Source: Desulfobacteraceae bacterium UBA2156
GTDB lineage: Bacteria; Desulfobacterota; Desulfobacteria; Desulfobacterales; UBA2156
Reading direction: 5' to 3'
Assembly: GCA_002328165.1 (NCBI GenBank)
Contig: DCWS01000052.1
Coordinates: 26,677 to 90,676, forward strand
DNA: 64,000 nt
Below the pieces are notes generated by a model, which did not search any database, was not told the origin of the DNA, and was given only the letters and a program-made list of their open reading frames with translations. Position 1 is the first letter of the stretch. Every line of letters begins with the position of its first letter. Positions 10,675 through 20,926 of the stretch are shown one piece after another. Position numbers and translations under genes: made by a program.

Positions 10675-11682
10675 ATGAAACCGGTATATTTTCCATTTAC
10701 CCATATTTCTGAGGATATATTAAAAAAAATATCTGTTTGTTTCAGGCCGCTTACTGTGCTCCTGCCTTCAGGCCTCAACATTTCTGGTGATATGGAGAAA
10801 TGGGTAGAAAGCGGACTGCTCGAAATGCGTCTTCCTGCAGGAGATGATGATGATCGACTGCAAGCGATGCTAAAGGATTACCGGGTCTGGGCAAACCTTC
10901 ACCAAAGTGGTCAGAAGGCCTATCTAAATCCCTTAATGGATGAGATTCCCTTTTTTAATGACACTTCGATGTCGCAAATCGTGAAGGATATCAAAGAGAA
11001 CCCGCAGGACGGGGGCTTTCGAAATTGTCCAGATCCTCTTTTTTCCGCAAAAGCATTTCTTCTGATCGCTCAGGAATTTGATCGGCAGCAATGTGAGGTC
11101 AATCAGGATGTTCAATCATTTGAAAAGAAGGAACATGACCTGATGAAAAACCTTAAAGGGGAAAATGACGATGGAGACGTCGGACCTTTGTCTGATGCCA
11201 CCCCGTGGGCAGACAATGCGATGAATTACATGGTAGAAGAGCGTTTACGGGTATGGGCGCGTTTATTTTTCAACAATATATCTTTGGATGACCAGGAAAT
11301 AACCGCTTTATTTATCACCGGCAGCAGTCTAACGAGCGAATATTTGTTAGAGAAATTTTCTGACGCAGAAAGGATCTTTGAATTCGATTCACTTCCGATC
11401 AGCAACCTCAAAAATGACAAAACCAAAGGATGGCGCAAGCATTTAATTGATACCTTGGACAACCTTGCAAAAAGCCGATGGTCCAGTTCAAGCAACGTCG
11501 TCGTCCAAGGGCCTGATAGAAAAGGTTGTGGTGAAAAGATGGCCTTGAGCCTCGACATTATACCGGAGACATCCCCTATCGATTTTGTTTCCAGTCTTTT
11601 TCCATCCAACCCAAATGGAATGGCAGAAAACAGTATCGAACCAGAGTTTAATCATACCATCATTGGACACCTGGCGCTTTGA
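10675..11682 (+). CDS. hypothetical protein
   Basis: 335-aa ORF co-directional with tmk; no family recognised. Confidence 0.7.
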   Translation: MKPVYFPFTHISEDILKKISVCFRPLTVLLPSGLNISGDMEKWVESGLLEMRLPAGDDDDRLQAMLKDYRVWANLHQSGQKAYLNPLMDEIPFFNDTSMSQIVKDIKENPQDGGFRNCPDPLFSAKAFLLIAQEFDRQQCEVNQDVQSFEKKEHDLMKNLKGENDDGDVGPLSDATPWADNAMNYMVEERLRVWARLFFNNISLDDQEITALFITGSSLTSEYLLEKFSDAERIFEFDSLPISNLKNDKTKGWRKHLIDTLDNLAKSRWSSSSNVVVQGPDRKGCGEKMALSLDIIPETSPIDFVSSLFPSNPNGMAENSIEPEFNHTIIGHLAL

Positions 11683-11847
11683 TCCATTAAATTGCTATCC
11701 TTTCTTTAACCTTTGGCACCATTTCGAAAAAATGCTGTTTTTATCTTTTCGATGATCAGTTTTGGCAAGCAAAATTGTCCGATATTGGTAACAAAATGAG
11801 GCTGTTATAAGATTATCAAAATTTCGAAATATAAAAATGGATAATCC

Positions 11848-11876
11848 TTGACTCGTCTTATCAATTGGTATAAGCA
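11848..11876 (+). promoter_or_regulatory. possible sigma70 promoter of the ferredoxin gene
   Basis: TTGACT at 11848 followed by TGGTATAAG; spacing is imperfect. Confidence 0.35.
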
Positions 11877-11949
11877 TTTTGCCCGTTATTGGGAAAATCA
11901 ATGATTGAATCTTTATGGCATAATTTTATAATGAAAGGAGGCTTTTTAA

Positions 11950-12138
11950 ATGGCTTTTGATGTTACAGTTGATCAAGAAAAATGTGAAGGATGTGAAGAG
12001 TGTGTCGACGTTTGCCCTGTTGAAGTATTTGAAATGATAGATGGCAAATCCTCTCCGGTAAATGCTGACGAATGCTTGGGTTGCGAAAGCTGTATCGAGG
12101 TTTGTGAGCCGGTTGCAATTACAGTTGAGGAGACCTAA
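11950..12138 (+). CDS. 2x[4Fe-4S] ferredoxin
   Basis: Two CxxCxxCxxxC motifs (CEGCEECVDVCP, CLGCESCIEVCE) and a strong AAGGAGG RBS. Confidence 0.95.
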   Translation: MAFDVTVDQEKCEGCEECVDVCPVEVFEMIDGKSSPVNADECLGCESCIEVCEPVAITVEET

Positions 12139-12156
12139 CCGAACTACAATGTTTTA

Positions 12157-12194
12157 TTCCCTTGGTCCCTCAACTTCGCGCGGGACCGGGGGAA
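12157..12194. terminator. hairpin between the convergent ferredoxin gene and thiL
   Basis: TTCCCTTGGTCCC...GGGACCGGGGGAA inverted repeat. Confidence 0.6.
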
Positions 12195-12260
12195 GTTCAA
12201 ATATAACTGATTCTTAACCGGCTGGCAACCGCTCCATGAACGAAAAAACGATTTTTCCCG

Positions 12261-13283
12261 TCATTCGGTTTTTTCCACTGTTTTAAAGTGATTCCACCCT
12301 GAAGGCTCAACCTCCCTGATTTGGCCATTTGCCTGGACAAGTTCTATCTTTCCCGAGTCGGTAATTTCACCGATCGCATAGAGAGGCTGATTGAATCTTT
12401 TCCTGTAATCCTTGTCGAGCCGCTTTGCCTTATCCGAAGGAACGGTACACAACAAGATATAATCTTCACCACCGGTGAAGGCGTAATTAAAGGGATCAAG
12501 ATGGAAGTGGGTACAAAATTTTGCCAGATTTTTTGAAACAGGAATTTTTTTGTGATAGATACGGGCACCTACATTACTCTGTTTAATTATATGCCCAAGA
12601 TCTGAGCCCAGCCCATCACTGATGTCGATCGCAGCGTGCACGCATCTTTGGCGCGCAAGAAATTGACCCTCCTTCAGAAACGGTTTTGGGAGAATATGGG
12701 CGTTGATTAACCCCTCCAATCCCTTTGATGTTTCCGGTGTGTTTTCTGATAGCAGATGCAACCCTGCTTGACTGTCGCCTAAAAATCCAGTTAAAAGAAT
12801 AGTATCACCGTGCTGGGCCCCATTTCGGCACAGCATTTCTTTTTCAGAAACCGATCCGATCACCGTGATGTTAATAACAAGATCGGCCTTGGAGCTGGTT
12901 GTATCGCCACCAAGAATGTTCACGCCAAATTCACTGGCGAGGGTTTTCATCCCCCTATATACCATATCAAGGTAGTCAATCTCACAGTCCCCTGGAATAG
13001 CAATACTGACAAATGCCTCTCTGGCAATACCCCCCATTGCCGCAATATCGCTCAAATTCACCGACAGGGATTTATACCCCAGATTAAATCCGGTTGTTCT
13101 GTGCCTTAAGAAATGGACCCGGTCGATCAGCAAATCCGTGGTGACCAAGGTGACATCGCCGGGATTCATAAAAAATGCAGCAGCATCGTCGCCAATGGAT
13201 TTCAAAATGTTTTGGGGGCGAATTAAACACCCGCGGCTGATCTTTTTGATAAATCCGAATTCACCGATCTCTTTTAGAAGCAT
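12261..13283 (-). CDS. thiL: thiamine-monophosphate kinase
   Basis: GEFGFI, IGDDAA, VNLSDIAAMGG, GGDT, IDISDGL and GGEDY. Confidence 0.95.
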   Translation of the reverse strand: MLLKEIGEFGFIKKISRGCLIRPQNILKSIGDDAAAFFMNPGDVTLVTTDLLIDRVHFLRHRTTGFNLGYKSLSVNLSDIAAMGGIAREAFVSIAIPGDCEIDYLDMVYRGMKTLASEFGVNILGGDTTSSKADLVINITVIGSVSEKEMLCRNGAQHGDTILLTGFLGDSQAGLHLLSENTPETSKGLEGLINAHILPKPFLKEGQFLARQRCVHAAIDISDGLGSDLGHIIKQSNVGARIYHKKIPVSKNLAKFCTHFHLDPFNYAFTGGEDYILLCTVPSDKAKRLDKDYRKRFNQPLYAIGEITDSGKIELVQANGQIREVEPSGWNHFKTVEKTE

Positions 13284-13370
13284 AAACCCTTCGATTGCGC
13301 AGTGATTGCTATCAATACGCTTAATTTAGTTAAACCCATAAAAACCAGTTGCTCTTTTCGCACACCCCCT

Positions 13371-13541
13371 CTATATCTTTTTCAATTCTTTCTCGTCGAT
13401 GATTCCTTTAATGATGCTGGGAATCTGTGTTCCATGTTTTTTCATATAATCTGTATTCAGTTTGGCAATGACCAGATCAAACAGCATGATGACACAAACC
13501 GTGCCGATATAAACCATCAGGAGAAGGTTAAGAGATATCAT
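13371..13541 (-). pseudogene. 56-codon fragment resembling the N-terminus of an M48/Ste24 membrane peptidase
   Basis: Manual translation MISLNLLLMVYIGTVCVIMLFDLVIAKLNTDYMKKHGTQIPSIIKGIIDEKELKKI*; resembles Ste24 N-termini from recall; no HExxH domain follows. Confidence 0.45.
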
Positions 13542-13628
13542 GGGTAGACTATATTATTATTAGTTCCGGTAATCAAGGTCTTTACAAACATATTGCGCTG
13601 GAGCGAAAACTGTGATATTTTAGTCTTT

Positions 13629-13961
13629 ATGAAGCAGTATGTCATTGATGAGTTAAGATTTGAAGATTTCAAAAAAATCAAAACCTATCTGGATGATAAA
13701 TTCACCGCCTCTATTCTGGATGGGATATACTGGATACCGATTGAAAAAAGAGTGCTCACAGATGCCCAGTCTGGCCATCTAGGGTGTCACCCATTTTTTT
13801 TTGCAATGCGTCTAGAACAAAATTCTTTGTCCTGTGAACTCCTGGTCCGCACAAGGAACAGGATACGTTGTGAATGCATGGATTACGCAAATGGAGACCA
13901 GCGTAACTGGTTTATACGGCGTGTCGACTCCATTTTCGACACACTTAATATCAAAACTTAA
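13629..13961 (+). CDS. conserved hypothetical protein
   Basis: MKQYVIDEL... with His/Cys motifs (HLGCHP, RCECMDYA); first gene of the plsC-rnj-ftsK run. Confidence 0.7.
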   Translation: MKQYVIDELRFEDFKKIKTYLDDKFTASILDGIYWIPIEKRVLTDAQSGHLGCHPFFFAMRLEQNSLSCELLVRTRNRIRCECMDYANGDQRNWFIRRVDSIFDTLNIKT

Positions 13962-14008
13962 GGACAGGATTGCTATACTTTTCCTAAGAAGATCAGCAAT
14001 CAAAATTT

Positions 14009-14731
14009 ATGATGATACAGACCGTTTGTATAATCGTATGGGCCATACTGGTGACTTTTTTTTGGGGCATTGTGATTATACTCGCATCTGTGATCATTCA
14101 TAACGAAAATTTTACCCATAACATTGCGAAGATATGGGCAAAATCTATACTATTTGCCAGCCGAATCAGGGTGACGGTTACCGGTTATTCCAATATAGAC
14201 CTTGGCAGATCCTATATCTATATGTCGAATCATCAGAGCAATTTTGATATTCCCGTACTTTTGGCCTACCTTGATACCCAGTTTAGATGGCTTGCAAAAG
14301 CCGAGCTATTCAAGATACCCATTTTTGGTTCTTCAATGAAAAGGGCGGGTTATATCAGTATCAACCGCTCAAATCGCAGGTCCGCTTTTGAAAGTTTGAA
14401 AGAAGCGGCAAGAAAGATTCGAAACGGTGTGTCTGTTTTGATCTTTCCCGAAGGCACCCGAAGCCGGGATGGCAACATCAGAGCTTTTAAAAAAGGAGGG
14501 TTTGTGTTGGCGGTAGATTCCGGGGTCCCGGTTGTTCCAATTGTCATTCATGGAACATGGTCAATCATGTCAAAGAAAGGGATTCGAATCAAACCTGGAA
14601 ATGTGGTAATTGAAATCTTAAAGCCGATCGAAACTTCAGATTACACACGGAAAACCAAAGACGATCTTATGGGAAAAGTCAGTCAAGCCATTTGCCGGTC
14701 CTTTGAAAAGGGGAGAGGAAAACAGCGGTAA
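14009..14731 (+). CDS. plsC: 1-acyl-sn-glycerol-3-phosphate acyltransferase
   Basis: NHQSNFD, FPEGTRS and FKKGGF motifs. Confidence 0.92.
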   Translation: MMIQTVCIIVWAILVTFFWGIVIILASVIIHNENFTHNIAKIWAKSILFASRIRVTVTGYSNIDLGRSYIYMSNHQSNFDIPVLLAYLDTQFRWLAKAELFKIPIFGSSMKRAGYISINRSNRRSAFESLKEAARKIRNGVSVLIFPEGTRSRDGNIRAFKKGGFVLAVDSGVPVVPIVIHGTWSIMSKKGIRIKPGNVVIEILKPIETSDYTRKTKDDLMGKVSQAICRSFEKGRGKQR

Positions 14732-16380
14732 TGCTCAAAATAATAGCCCTTGGCGGCCTGGGTGAGATAGGGATGAATATGATGGTCGTTGAATACCGAG
14801 ACACCTTCTTTATCATTGACGCCGGCCTCATGTTCCCTGAAGACTACATGCTGGGTATCGATTATGTCATTCCCAATATGGATTATATCCGACAGAACAG
14901 TTCCAAAATTTTGGGAATCGTATTAACCCATGCGCACGAAGATCATATCGGAGCGATCCCATATCTGCTGAAGGAGGCCAATGCACCTGTCTTCGGGACT
15001 TCTTTTACACTGGGGGTTGTTAGACATAAACTTCAAGAGCACAACCTCCTTTCCTCAACCGTATTTCATGAAATCTCACCTAGGGAGAAACTGCAGATCG
15101 GTCCTTTCGAGCTTATGTTTATTCGCGTCGGCCACAGTGTAATTGATGGCATCGGTATCGCCATAAAGACACCGTATGGGCTCATAGTTCACACCGGAGA
15201 TTTTAAAATTAACCATACATCCATAAGGGACATGATCACGGATGTAAATAGATTTGCGCGATGTGGTGAGGATGGTGTTCTGGCCCTTTTGTCGGATTCA
15301 ACAAATGTGGAAAAAGAAGGATACACAATTTCTTCCAAACAGATTGGTGAAACAATTTCACGTATAGTATCAGGGAGTAAGGGGCGTATAATTGTTGCCC
15401 TTTTTGCCTCAAATATCAACCGGATCCAACAGATTGTGGACATTGCAATCATCAGGGACAGGAAGGTTGCCTTCGATGGGAAGAGCATACAGATCAACGT
15501 CAATATTGCAAGAGATCTCGGGTACATCAGCATCCCTGAAGAGATGGAGATTGGCATTGCACAGGTGAACGATTATTCAGACGATGAGATCGTAATGATA
15601 ACGACCGGAAGCCAGGGAGAACCGATGTCATCTCTTGCCCGGATGGCAGCCGGCACACATAAGCAAATAAAGATCAAAAAAAACGATACGGTTATTCTCT
15701 CCTCAAGGTTCATTCCTGGAAACGAAAGAGCGATCGGAAATATTATAAACAAGCTATATAGACAAGGGGCGGAAGTCATATACGAAAAAATATCGGAAAT
15801 TCACATATCAGGACATGCTTTCCGCGAGGAATTGAAGTTGATGATCCATTTGACAAAGCCCAAGTATTTCATTCCGATTCATGGGGAATACCGGCACCTG
15901 GTGCTACACGCCCATTTGGCCGAACAGGTCGGGATTTCAAAGGAAAGGATTCTTCTTGCTGAAAACGGACAGGTTGTTGAATTTGATGAAAACGGCGGCG
16001 GGATTAAAGATCGTGTTACAACCGGGCGACTCCTTGTTGATGGAAAAGGTATCGGGGATGTGGGAAGGAGTATCCTCAAAGAGAGACGTCTTCTCTCAAA
16101 AGATGGCCTTGTGGTGGTAAACATGGCCTTGGATGAAGAAACGGGTATTGTGGTGTACGGCCCTGAAATCGTTTCACGCGGCTTTGTGTTTGAAACCCAA
16201 TCTGGACATCTTTTGGAAGACGCGAAAAGCGCTATATTGAGGATTGTGGAAGATATTAAACCGGATGTTCCGGATCGAATCGATAAAATTCAATCAAAAA
16301 TCCGAACCGCTCTGAAAAATTATTTTGATTTTTCCATGAGGAGACACCCGGTTATACTCCCCTTCATATTGAAAGTGTAA
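14731..16380 (+). CDS. rnj: ribonuclease J
   Basis: LGGLGEIGMN, THAHEDHIG, HTGDFK, GSQGEPMS, HISGHA and PIHGEYRH. Confidence 0.95.
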   Translation: MLKIIALGGLGEIGMNMMVVEYRDTFFIIDAGLMFPEDYMLGIDYVIPNMDYIRQNSSKILGIVLTHAHEDHIGAIPYLLKEANAPVFGTSFTLGVVRHKLQEHNLLSSTVFHEISPREKLQIGPFELMFIRVGHSVIDGIGIAIKTPYGLIVHTGDFKINHTSIRDMITDVNRFARCGEDGVLALLSDSTNVEKEGYTISSKQIGETISRIVSGSKGRIIVALFASNINRIQQIVDIAIIRDRKVAFDGKSIQINVNIARDLGYISIPEEMEIGIAQVNDYSDDEIVMITTGSQGEPMSSLARMAAGTHKQIKIKKNDTVILSSRFIPGNERAIGNIINKLYRQGAEVIYEKISEIHISGHAFREELKLMIHLTKPKYFIPIHGEYRHLVLHAHLAEQVGISKERILLAENGQVVEFDENGGGIKDRVTTGRLLVDGKGIGDVGRSILKERRLLSKDGLVVVNMALDEETGIVVYGPEIVSRGFVFETQSGHLLEDAKSAILRIVEDIKPDVPDRIDKIQSKIRTALKNYFDFSMRRHPVILPFILKV

Positions 16381-16406
16381 CCGATCCCTGAGGCGTTTGA
16401 GATAAT

Positions 16407-18560
16407 ATGCGAAAAGAAATTCTCGGCATTTTTTTATTTTTCCTTGTTATTTTTACGCTGGTCAGTCTGCTGTCATTCAGCCTTGATGACCCTTCCATTA
16501 ATAACGCAAAACCCACCGGCGATATCCATAATTTGTTCGGCTTATTTGGCAGTCACGTATCCGGTATTCTTATCGGACTATTTGGGCTCGGCGCATTTTG
16601 GATCCCGATTTTACTCCTTCTGATGAGCGTCCATTTTTTTGGAAACCATCCGGACAGAGCAGTAATTTCAACAATTGCAGGTGGTCTTATCCTGATTATA
16701 ACCACTGGAAGCCTTTTGACATTTCAACAGAACCATTTTCTCATTATTGGAGAACGTTTTTCTTCAGGAGGAATCATCGGCCTTCCTCTTAAAACATTTT
16801 TTGTTAAATATTCCAACACAGCGGGCGGATTTATTTTTTTGGCACTTATTTGGGTGGTCGGTTTTATTCTGGCCACAGGGGTCTCTCTGATAACATTTTC
16901 AAAACGTATCTGGCAGATGATGGGTCGGGCTTCGAATTATCTAAAAACACGCCTTGTCAAGTGGAAAGAAAGAAGAGAAAAAGCCAAACGGATCCAGATA
17001 AAAAAAGAGGGGGTTTTCAAAAAGAAACAAGATGTAAAAATAAAGGGACAAAAAAGAAAGCCAATCAAGATTGTTCCGGTGCCAAGGCAGGAAGTGTTCG
17101 AATTCATGCGATCTGAAACAGGATTTCATGTGCCATCTGCAAATTTATTGGATGATCCACCTGAAAAGCCTTCTTATGCTGATGACGAAAACTTGCGCGT
17201 GCAATCGAAGTTGCTTGAAAAGAAACTCGACGATTTTGGAGTAGAGGGAAAGGTGGTAGCCGTAATACCCGGACCGGTCATTACTACTTTTGAATACGAG
17301 CCGGCTCCGGGTGTAAAGATCAATAAAATTGTCAATCTCACGGATGATCTTGCGCTTGCACTTCGTTCAATCAGCATCCGGATCGTGGCTCCGATTCCAG
17401 GAAAGGCGGTGATTGGAATTGAGATTCCGAATGCGAACAGGGAGATTGTAAAATTCAAGGAAATTGTTGGTTCCGGTGTTTTCAAAAAGTCCAAATCGAA
17501 ACTGACGATCTGTCTTGGCAAGAATATTGTGGGAGAACCTTTTGTAGCAAACCTGGACAGCATGCCACATTTATTGATCGCCGGCGCAACGGGGGCCGGC
17601 AAGAGCGTGGCCTTAAACGGAATGATTTGCAGTATGCTGTTCAAGTCGACACCTGATGACGTTAAACTCATTTTGATCGATCCAAAACGTATAGAGCTCT
17701 CGACTTATAATGGGATACCCCACCTCATTTCGCCGGTCGTGACAGATGCTAGAAAAGCAACCAATGCCCTCTTTTGGGCCGTACGGGAAATGGAAAAAAG
17801 ATACGAGATGCTTTCTGCAAATAAGGCAAAAAACATAACCCAGTATAATCAAAAGGTCGAAAAAGAAAAAAGGGAGGCTGGCGGGGAGTCTCCCTCTACA
17901 AAATTGCCGTATATCGTCATCATCATCGATGAGCTGGCTGATCTGATGATGGTGGCCTCGCGAGATGTGGAGTTTGCCCTGACACGTCTTGCCCAAATGG
18001 CGAGAGCTGCCGGCATCCATTTAATCATTGCAACACAGAGGCCTTCAGTGGATGTACTCACCGGTGTTATCAAAGCGAATTTTCCTACCCGCCTTAGCTT
18101 TCAGGTCTCATCAAAGACCGATTCAAGGACAATCATTGACGGCAATGGTGCAGAAAGCCTCCTGGGGAGCGGAGATATGCTTTTTCTTCCTCCAGGGACC
18201 GCTAAACTCCAGCGAATTCATGGCGCATACATATCAGAGGTGGAGCTGGCGAGGATATCGGAATTTTTAAAAAGCCAGAAACCACCGGAGTACGACATGG
18301 AAATCACCAAGTTGCCCCCGGATGAAAAGATAAACTCCAAGGATGAGGAGCACGATGAGCGTTATGATGATGCGATTGCGTTGATCACCAAGACACGGCA
18401 GGCGTCCATATCGATGATCCAGCGTCATTTACGTATCGGATACAATCGAGCTGCCCGTATTATCGAGATGATGGAGAAAGAAGGAGTTGTAGGACCTTCA
18501 GACGGAGTCAAACCGAGGGAAGTTTTGGTTAGAGGTTATGATAATGATAACATCCCTTGA
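16407..18560 (+). CDS. ftsK: DNA translocase FtsK
   Basis: Membrane N-terminal domain, MPHLLIAGATGAGKS, DELADLMM, ATQRPSVDV and gamma domain QRHLRIGYNRAAR. Confidence 0.97.
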   Translation: MRKEILGIFLFFLVIFTLVSLLSFSLDDPSINNAKPTGDIHNLFGLFGSHVSGILIGLFGLGAFWIPILLLLMSVHFFGNHPDRAVISTIAGGLILIITTGSLLTFQQNHFLIIGERFSSGGIIGLPLKTFFVKYSNTAGGFIFLALIWVVGFILATGVSLITFSKRIWQMMGRASNYLKTRLVKWKERREKAKRIQIKKEGVFKKKQDVKIKGQKRKPIKIVPVPRQEVFEFMRSETGFHVPSANLLDDPPEKPSYADDENLRVQSKLLEKKLDDFGVEGKVVAVIPGPVITTFEYEPAPGVKINKIVNLTDDLALALRSISIRIVAPIPGKAVIGIEIPNANREIVKFKEIVGSGVFKKSKSKLTICLGKNIVGEPFVANLDSMPHLLIAGATGAGKSVALNGMICSMLFKSTPDDVKLILIDPKRIELSTYNGIPHLISPVVTDARKATNALFWAVREMEKRYEMLSANKAKNITQYNQKVEKEKREAGGESPSTKLPYIVIIIDELADLMMVASRDVEFALTRLAQMARAAGIHLIIATQRPSVDVLTGVIKANFPTRLSFQVSSKTDSRTIIDGNGAESLLGSGDMLFLPPGTAKLQRIHGAYISEVELARISEFLKSQKPPEYDMEITKLPPDEKINSKDEEHDERYDDAIALITKTRQASISMIQRHLRIGYNRAARIIEMMEKEGVVGPSDGVKPREVLVRGYDNDNIP

Positions 18561-18798
18561 TTTTGAAGATTATGGTCATCCTTTGATCCCTTAAATCTTC
18601 ATCAGATAGATATCGTTTCATTTCCAGGGGAAATCTTCAATTGTTCATCCGACAGATTAAAATTTGTTCAGATCTCCTGCGTAATGTTCAGTTTTTCAGT
18701 TTCCGTATATAACCACCTGAATTTTTAAAGAATTTGTTTGTTGTTTTCACCAGATTCCAGTGTAAAGCGCCGACTTCTTTGCACAAAAATACAATGAC

Positions 18799-19812
18799 GA
18801 GGCCAGCCGAAACGGCCTGACGGCAGCCGAGATTGCCAAGGCCGGGTCTATTTCACTTTGAACCACTTACCGGGATTTATATGATCTTCAGCTGGCCGGT
18901 TTCCCTTTTTACGCTGAAAAAGGAAAAAACGGCGGGCAATGGAGGTTTGTCGATAATCGTCAATTCGAAGTGCCAAAGCCGTTTACCTTTACCGAGCTGA
19001 TGTCGCTCCACCTCAGTAAGGACCTGTTTCAGGTGTTAAAAGGAACGGTCTTTTTTGAATCTTTAGAATCTGTTTTGAATAAGGCCCGTACCAAACTGCC
19101 GACCCAGACCCTGACCTGCTTGAATAGGATCCAGTCAACTTTCTACATGGGTAAAAAACCGTATAAAGATTATTCTCGATTCAGGGAGATCACCAATACG
19201 GCCAACCAAGCCGCCATGGAGTGCCGCTGTATCGAAATGCTTTATTTGCCGCTTCAAAGAAAGCTGGAAACCCTGCGCAAAATCAACCCCTACAGGAGTT
19301 GGTTTTTTTAGGGGTCCATTTACATCATCGGTTTTTACCATCTGCGAAATGAAATCAGAACGTTTGTCCTAGACCGCATCAAACTGATGAAGCTGACAGA
19401 TGAAAAATTTTAAATACTATCTGATTTCGACCTTGACGAATACATGCAATACAGCTTCAAGGTGATGTACGATGATCTTTACACCGTCAAGGTCCGGATC
19501 TCTCCAGCCTGGGCAAGATATGTCAGCGAAAAGGTTTGGCACGAAAGCCAAAGTACCCGCAAAATGACGGACAAATCACTTGAAATAATTTTTGAGGTGG
19601 CTGATCGGGAAGAGATCAAGCAATGGGTTATGGGCTTAGGCCCGGAAGCATACGTGATAAAGCCGGAAAAGCTGAAGAAAATGATAAAAGAGGATTTGAG
19701 AAAAACATTGAAACAGTATGAAAAGACCACATCGATCTATGAAAACCTGAGCGTCAGAAAAGCGGAGAAAATTATGCCCGATAACCATGGATCTTCAAAT
19801 CCGGTTGCATAA
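18799..19812 (+). pseudogene. HTH-WYL-WCX (YafY/PafB-like) transcriptional regulator, inactivated
   Basis: One reading frame (GLTAAEIA...TTYRDL...AGFP...NPYR...YIIGFYHLRNEIRTFVLDRI...WVMGLG) is interrupted by TGA 18859, TAG 19309 and TAA 19411; the N-terminus is missing. Confidence 0.85.
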
Positions 19813-19968
19813 TAGAGCCCATTATTTTAAATTTAAATCGCTTAATATTCTTTTGCATATCGGTTTGTTGAAATATATTTGAAATTGATCGTGATAGGGA
19901 TGCATGAAAACCAATAGAGGAGTCTAAAAGCCATTTAATCACATTGCTTGACTCGAGGAGAGAGCATC

Positions 19969-20856
19969 ATGGTAAAGATTGAGAAGTTTGATTTTACACC
20001 AATTCTGGGATGGTCTATCACTCGCTACGATATGTTTACCGCCTGTAAGCGGCAATATTATTACCAGTATTACGCCAAGTATGATCCGGAATTCAAAAGA
20101 GCAAAAATTGATACGCTTAAGAAACTGACCTCAATTCCCCTTGAAATCGGCAACATTGTGCACGATACAATTTCGGTGGTTCTCAAACGACTTCTAAAAT
20201 CACGTAGCAGGATCGATCCGCAACGATTTGATGCCTTTGTTGAGGAAATGGCTGGAACGAACTGCAGAAGCAAAACTTTTTCCGAAGTTTACTACAACGA
20301 AATGGTCTCGGTGGGGCCGGCGGATATCCTCTCGGGTATCAATGAGTGTTTGAAGGCCTTTTTGGGCAGTAGCCGATTTGAGTGGATAAAAGATCAGGCT
20401 ACTGCCGGTAAACATGACTGGCTTATTGAGCCTCCCGGATACGGAGAGGCGCGAATTAACGGCTTGAAAGTATATTGTAAGGTAGATTTCCTGTTTGTTA
20501 TAGATAGAAAGATTATAATTTTGGACTGGAAAACCGGAAAAAGGAACAAGGAAAAGCACAAAAAACAGCTGTTTGGGTATTGCACCTGGTCGGCCCACCA
20601 CTTGAAGGCGTCTGCGGCGGACATCAACGCCGCCATTGCCTATCTCAGGCCATCCTACGAAGAAGTAAACCTGTCTCCCTCTGTTGATGATCTGAAATCA
20701 TTCAATGCACGCATCCGTGTTGAAACAGAGGAAATGAATGTCTTCTGCAGCGATGTCCAGGAAAATATACCGAACGACAAAGCATCATTTCCCATGATTC
20801 CACAATCGGCAGTTTGCCATTATTGTAATTTCAAAGAACTGTGTAATAGAATTTAA
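19969..20856 (+). CDS. PD-(D/E)XK nuclease, RecB/AddB/Cas4-like with predicted Fe-S staple
   Basis: WSITR..CKRQYYY, GNIVH, KVDF, ILDWKTG, QL..Y and C-terminal CHYCNFKELC; GAGGAG RBS before ATG 19969. Confidence 0.85.
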   Translation: MVKIEKFDFTPILGWSITRYDMFTACKRQYYYQYYAKYDPEFKRAKIDTLKKLTSIPLEIGNIVHDTISVVLKRLLKSRSRIDPQRFDAFVEEMAGTNCRSKTFSEVYYNEMVSVGPADILSGINECLKAFLGSSRFEWIKDQATAGKHDWLIEPPGYGEARINGLKVYCKVDFLFVIDRKIIILDWKTGKRNKEKHKKQLFGYCTWSAHHLKASAADINAAIAYLRPSYEEVNLSPSVDDLKSFNARIRVETEEMNVFCSDVQENIPNDKASFPMIPQSAVCHYCNFKELCNRI

Positions 20857-20926
20857 CAGATTCATCCCCACCCGCATTTATCCGGCATATTTTCTATTTC
20901 AGTCGTTTTCATTAAATTTCCGGCAC

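Noticed and set aside
18575-18790. Protein-like minus-strand stretch after ftsK (KFRWLYTETEKLNITQE...)
   Set aside because: It has several stops and no recognisable family; it may be a gene relic but cannot be supported without a search.
18859-18861. In-frame TGA as possible selenocysteine
   Set aside because: It falls in the HTH region where Arg (CGA) is expected, and the same frame has other stops.
19969-20856. Cas4-like nuclease as a sign of a CRISPR-Cas system
   Set aside because: No cas1/cas2 or repeat-spacer array was seen in the window.
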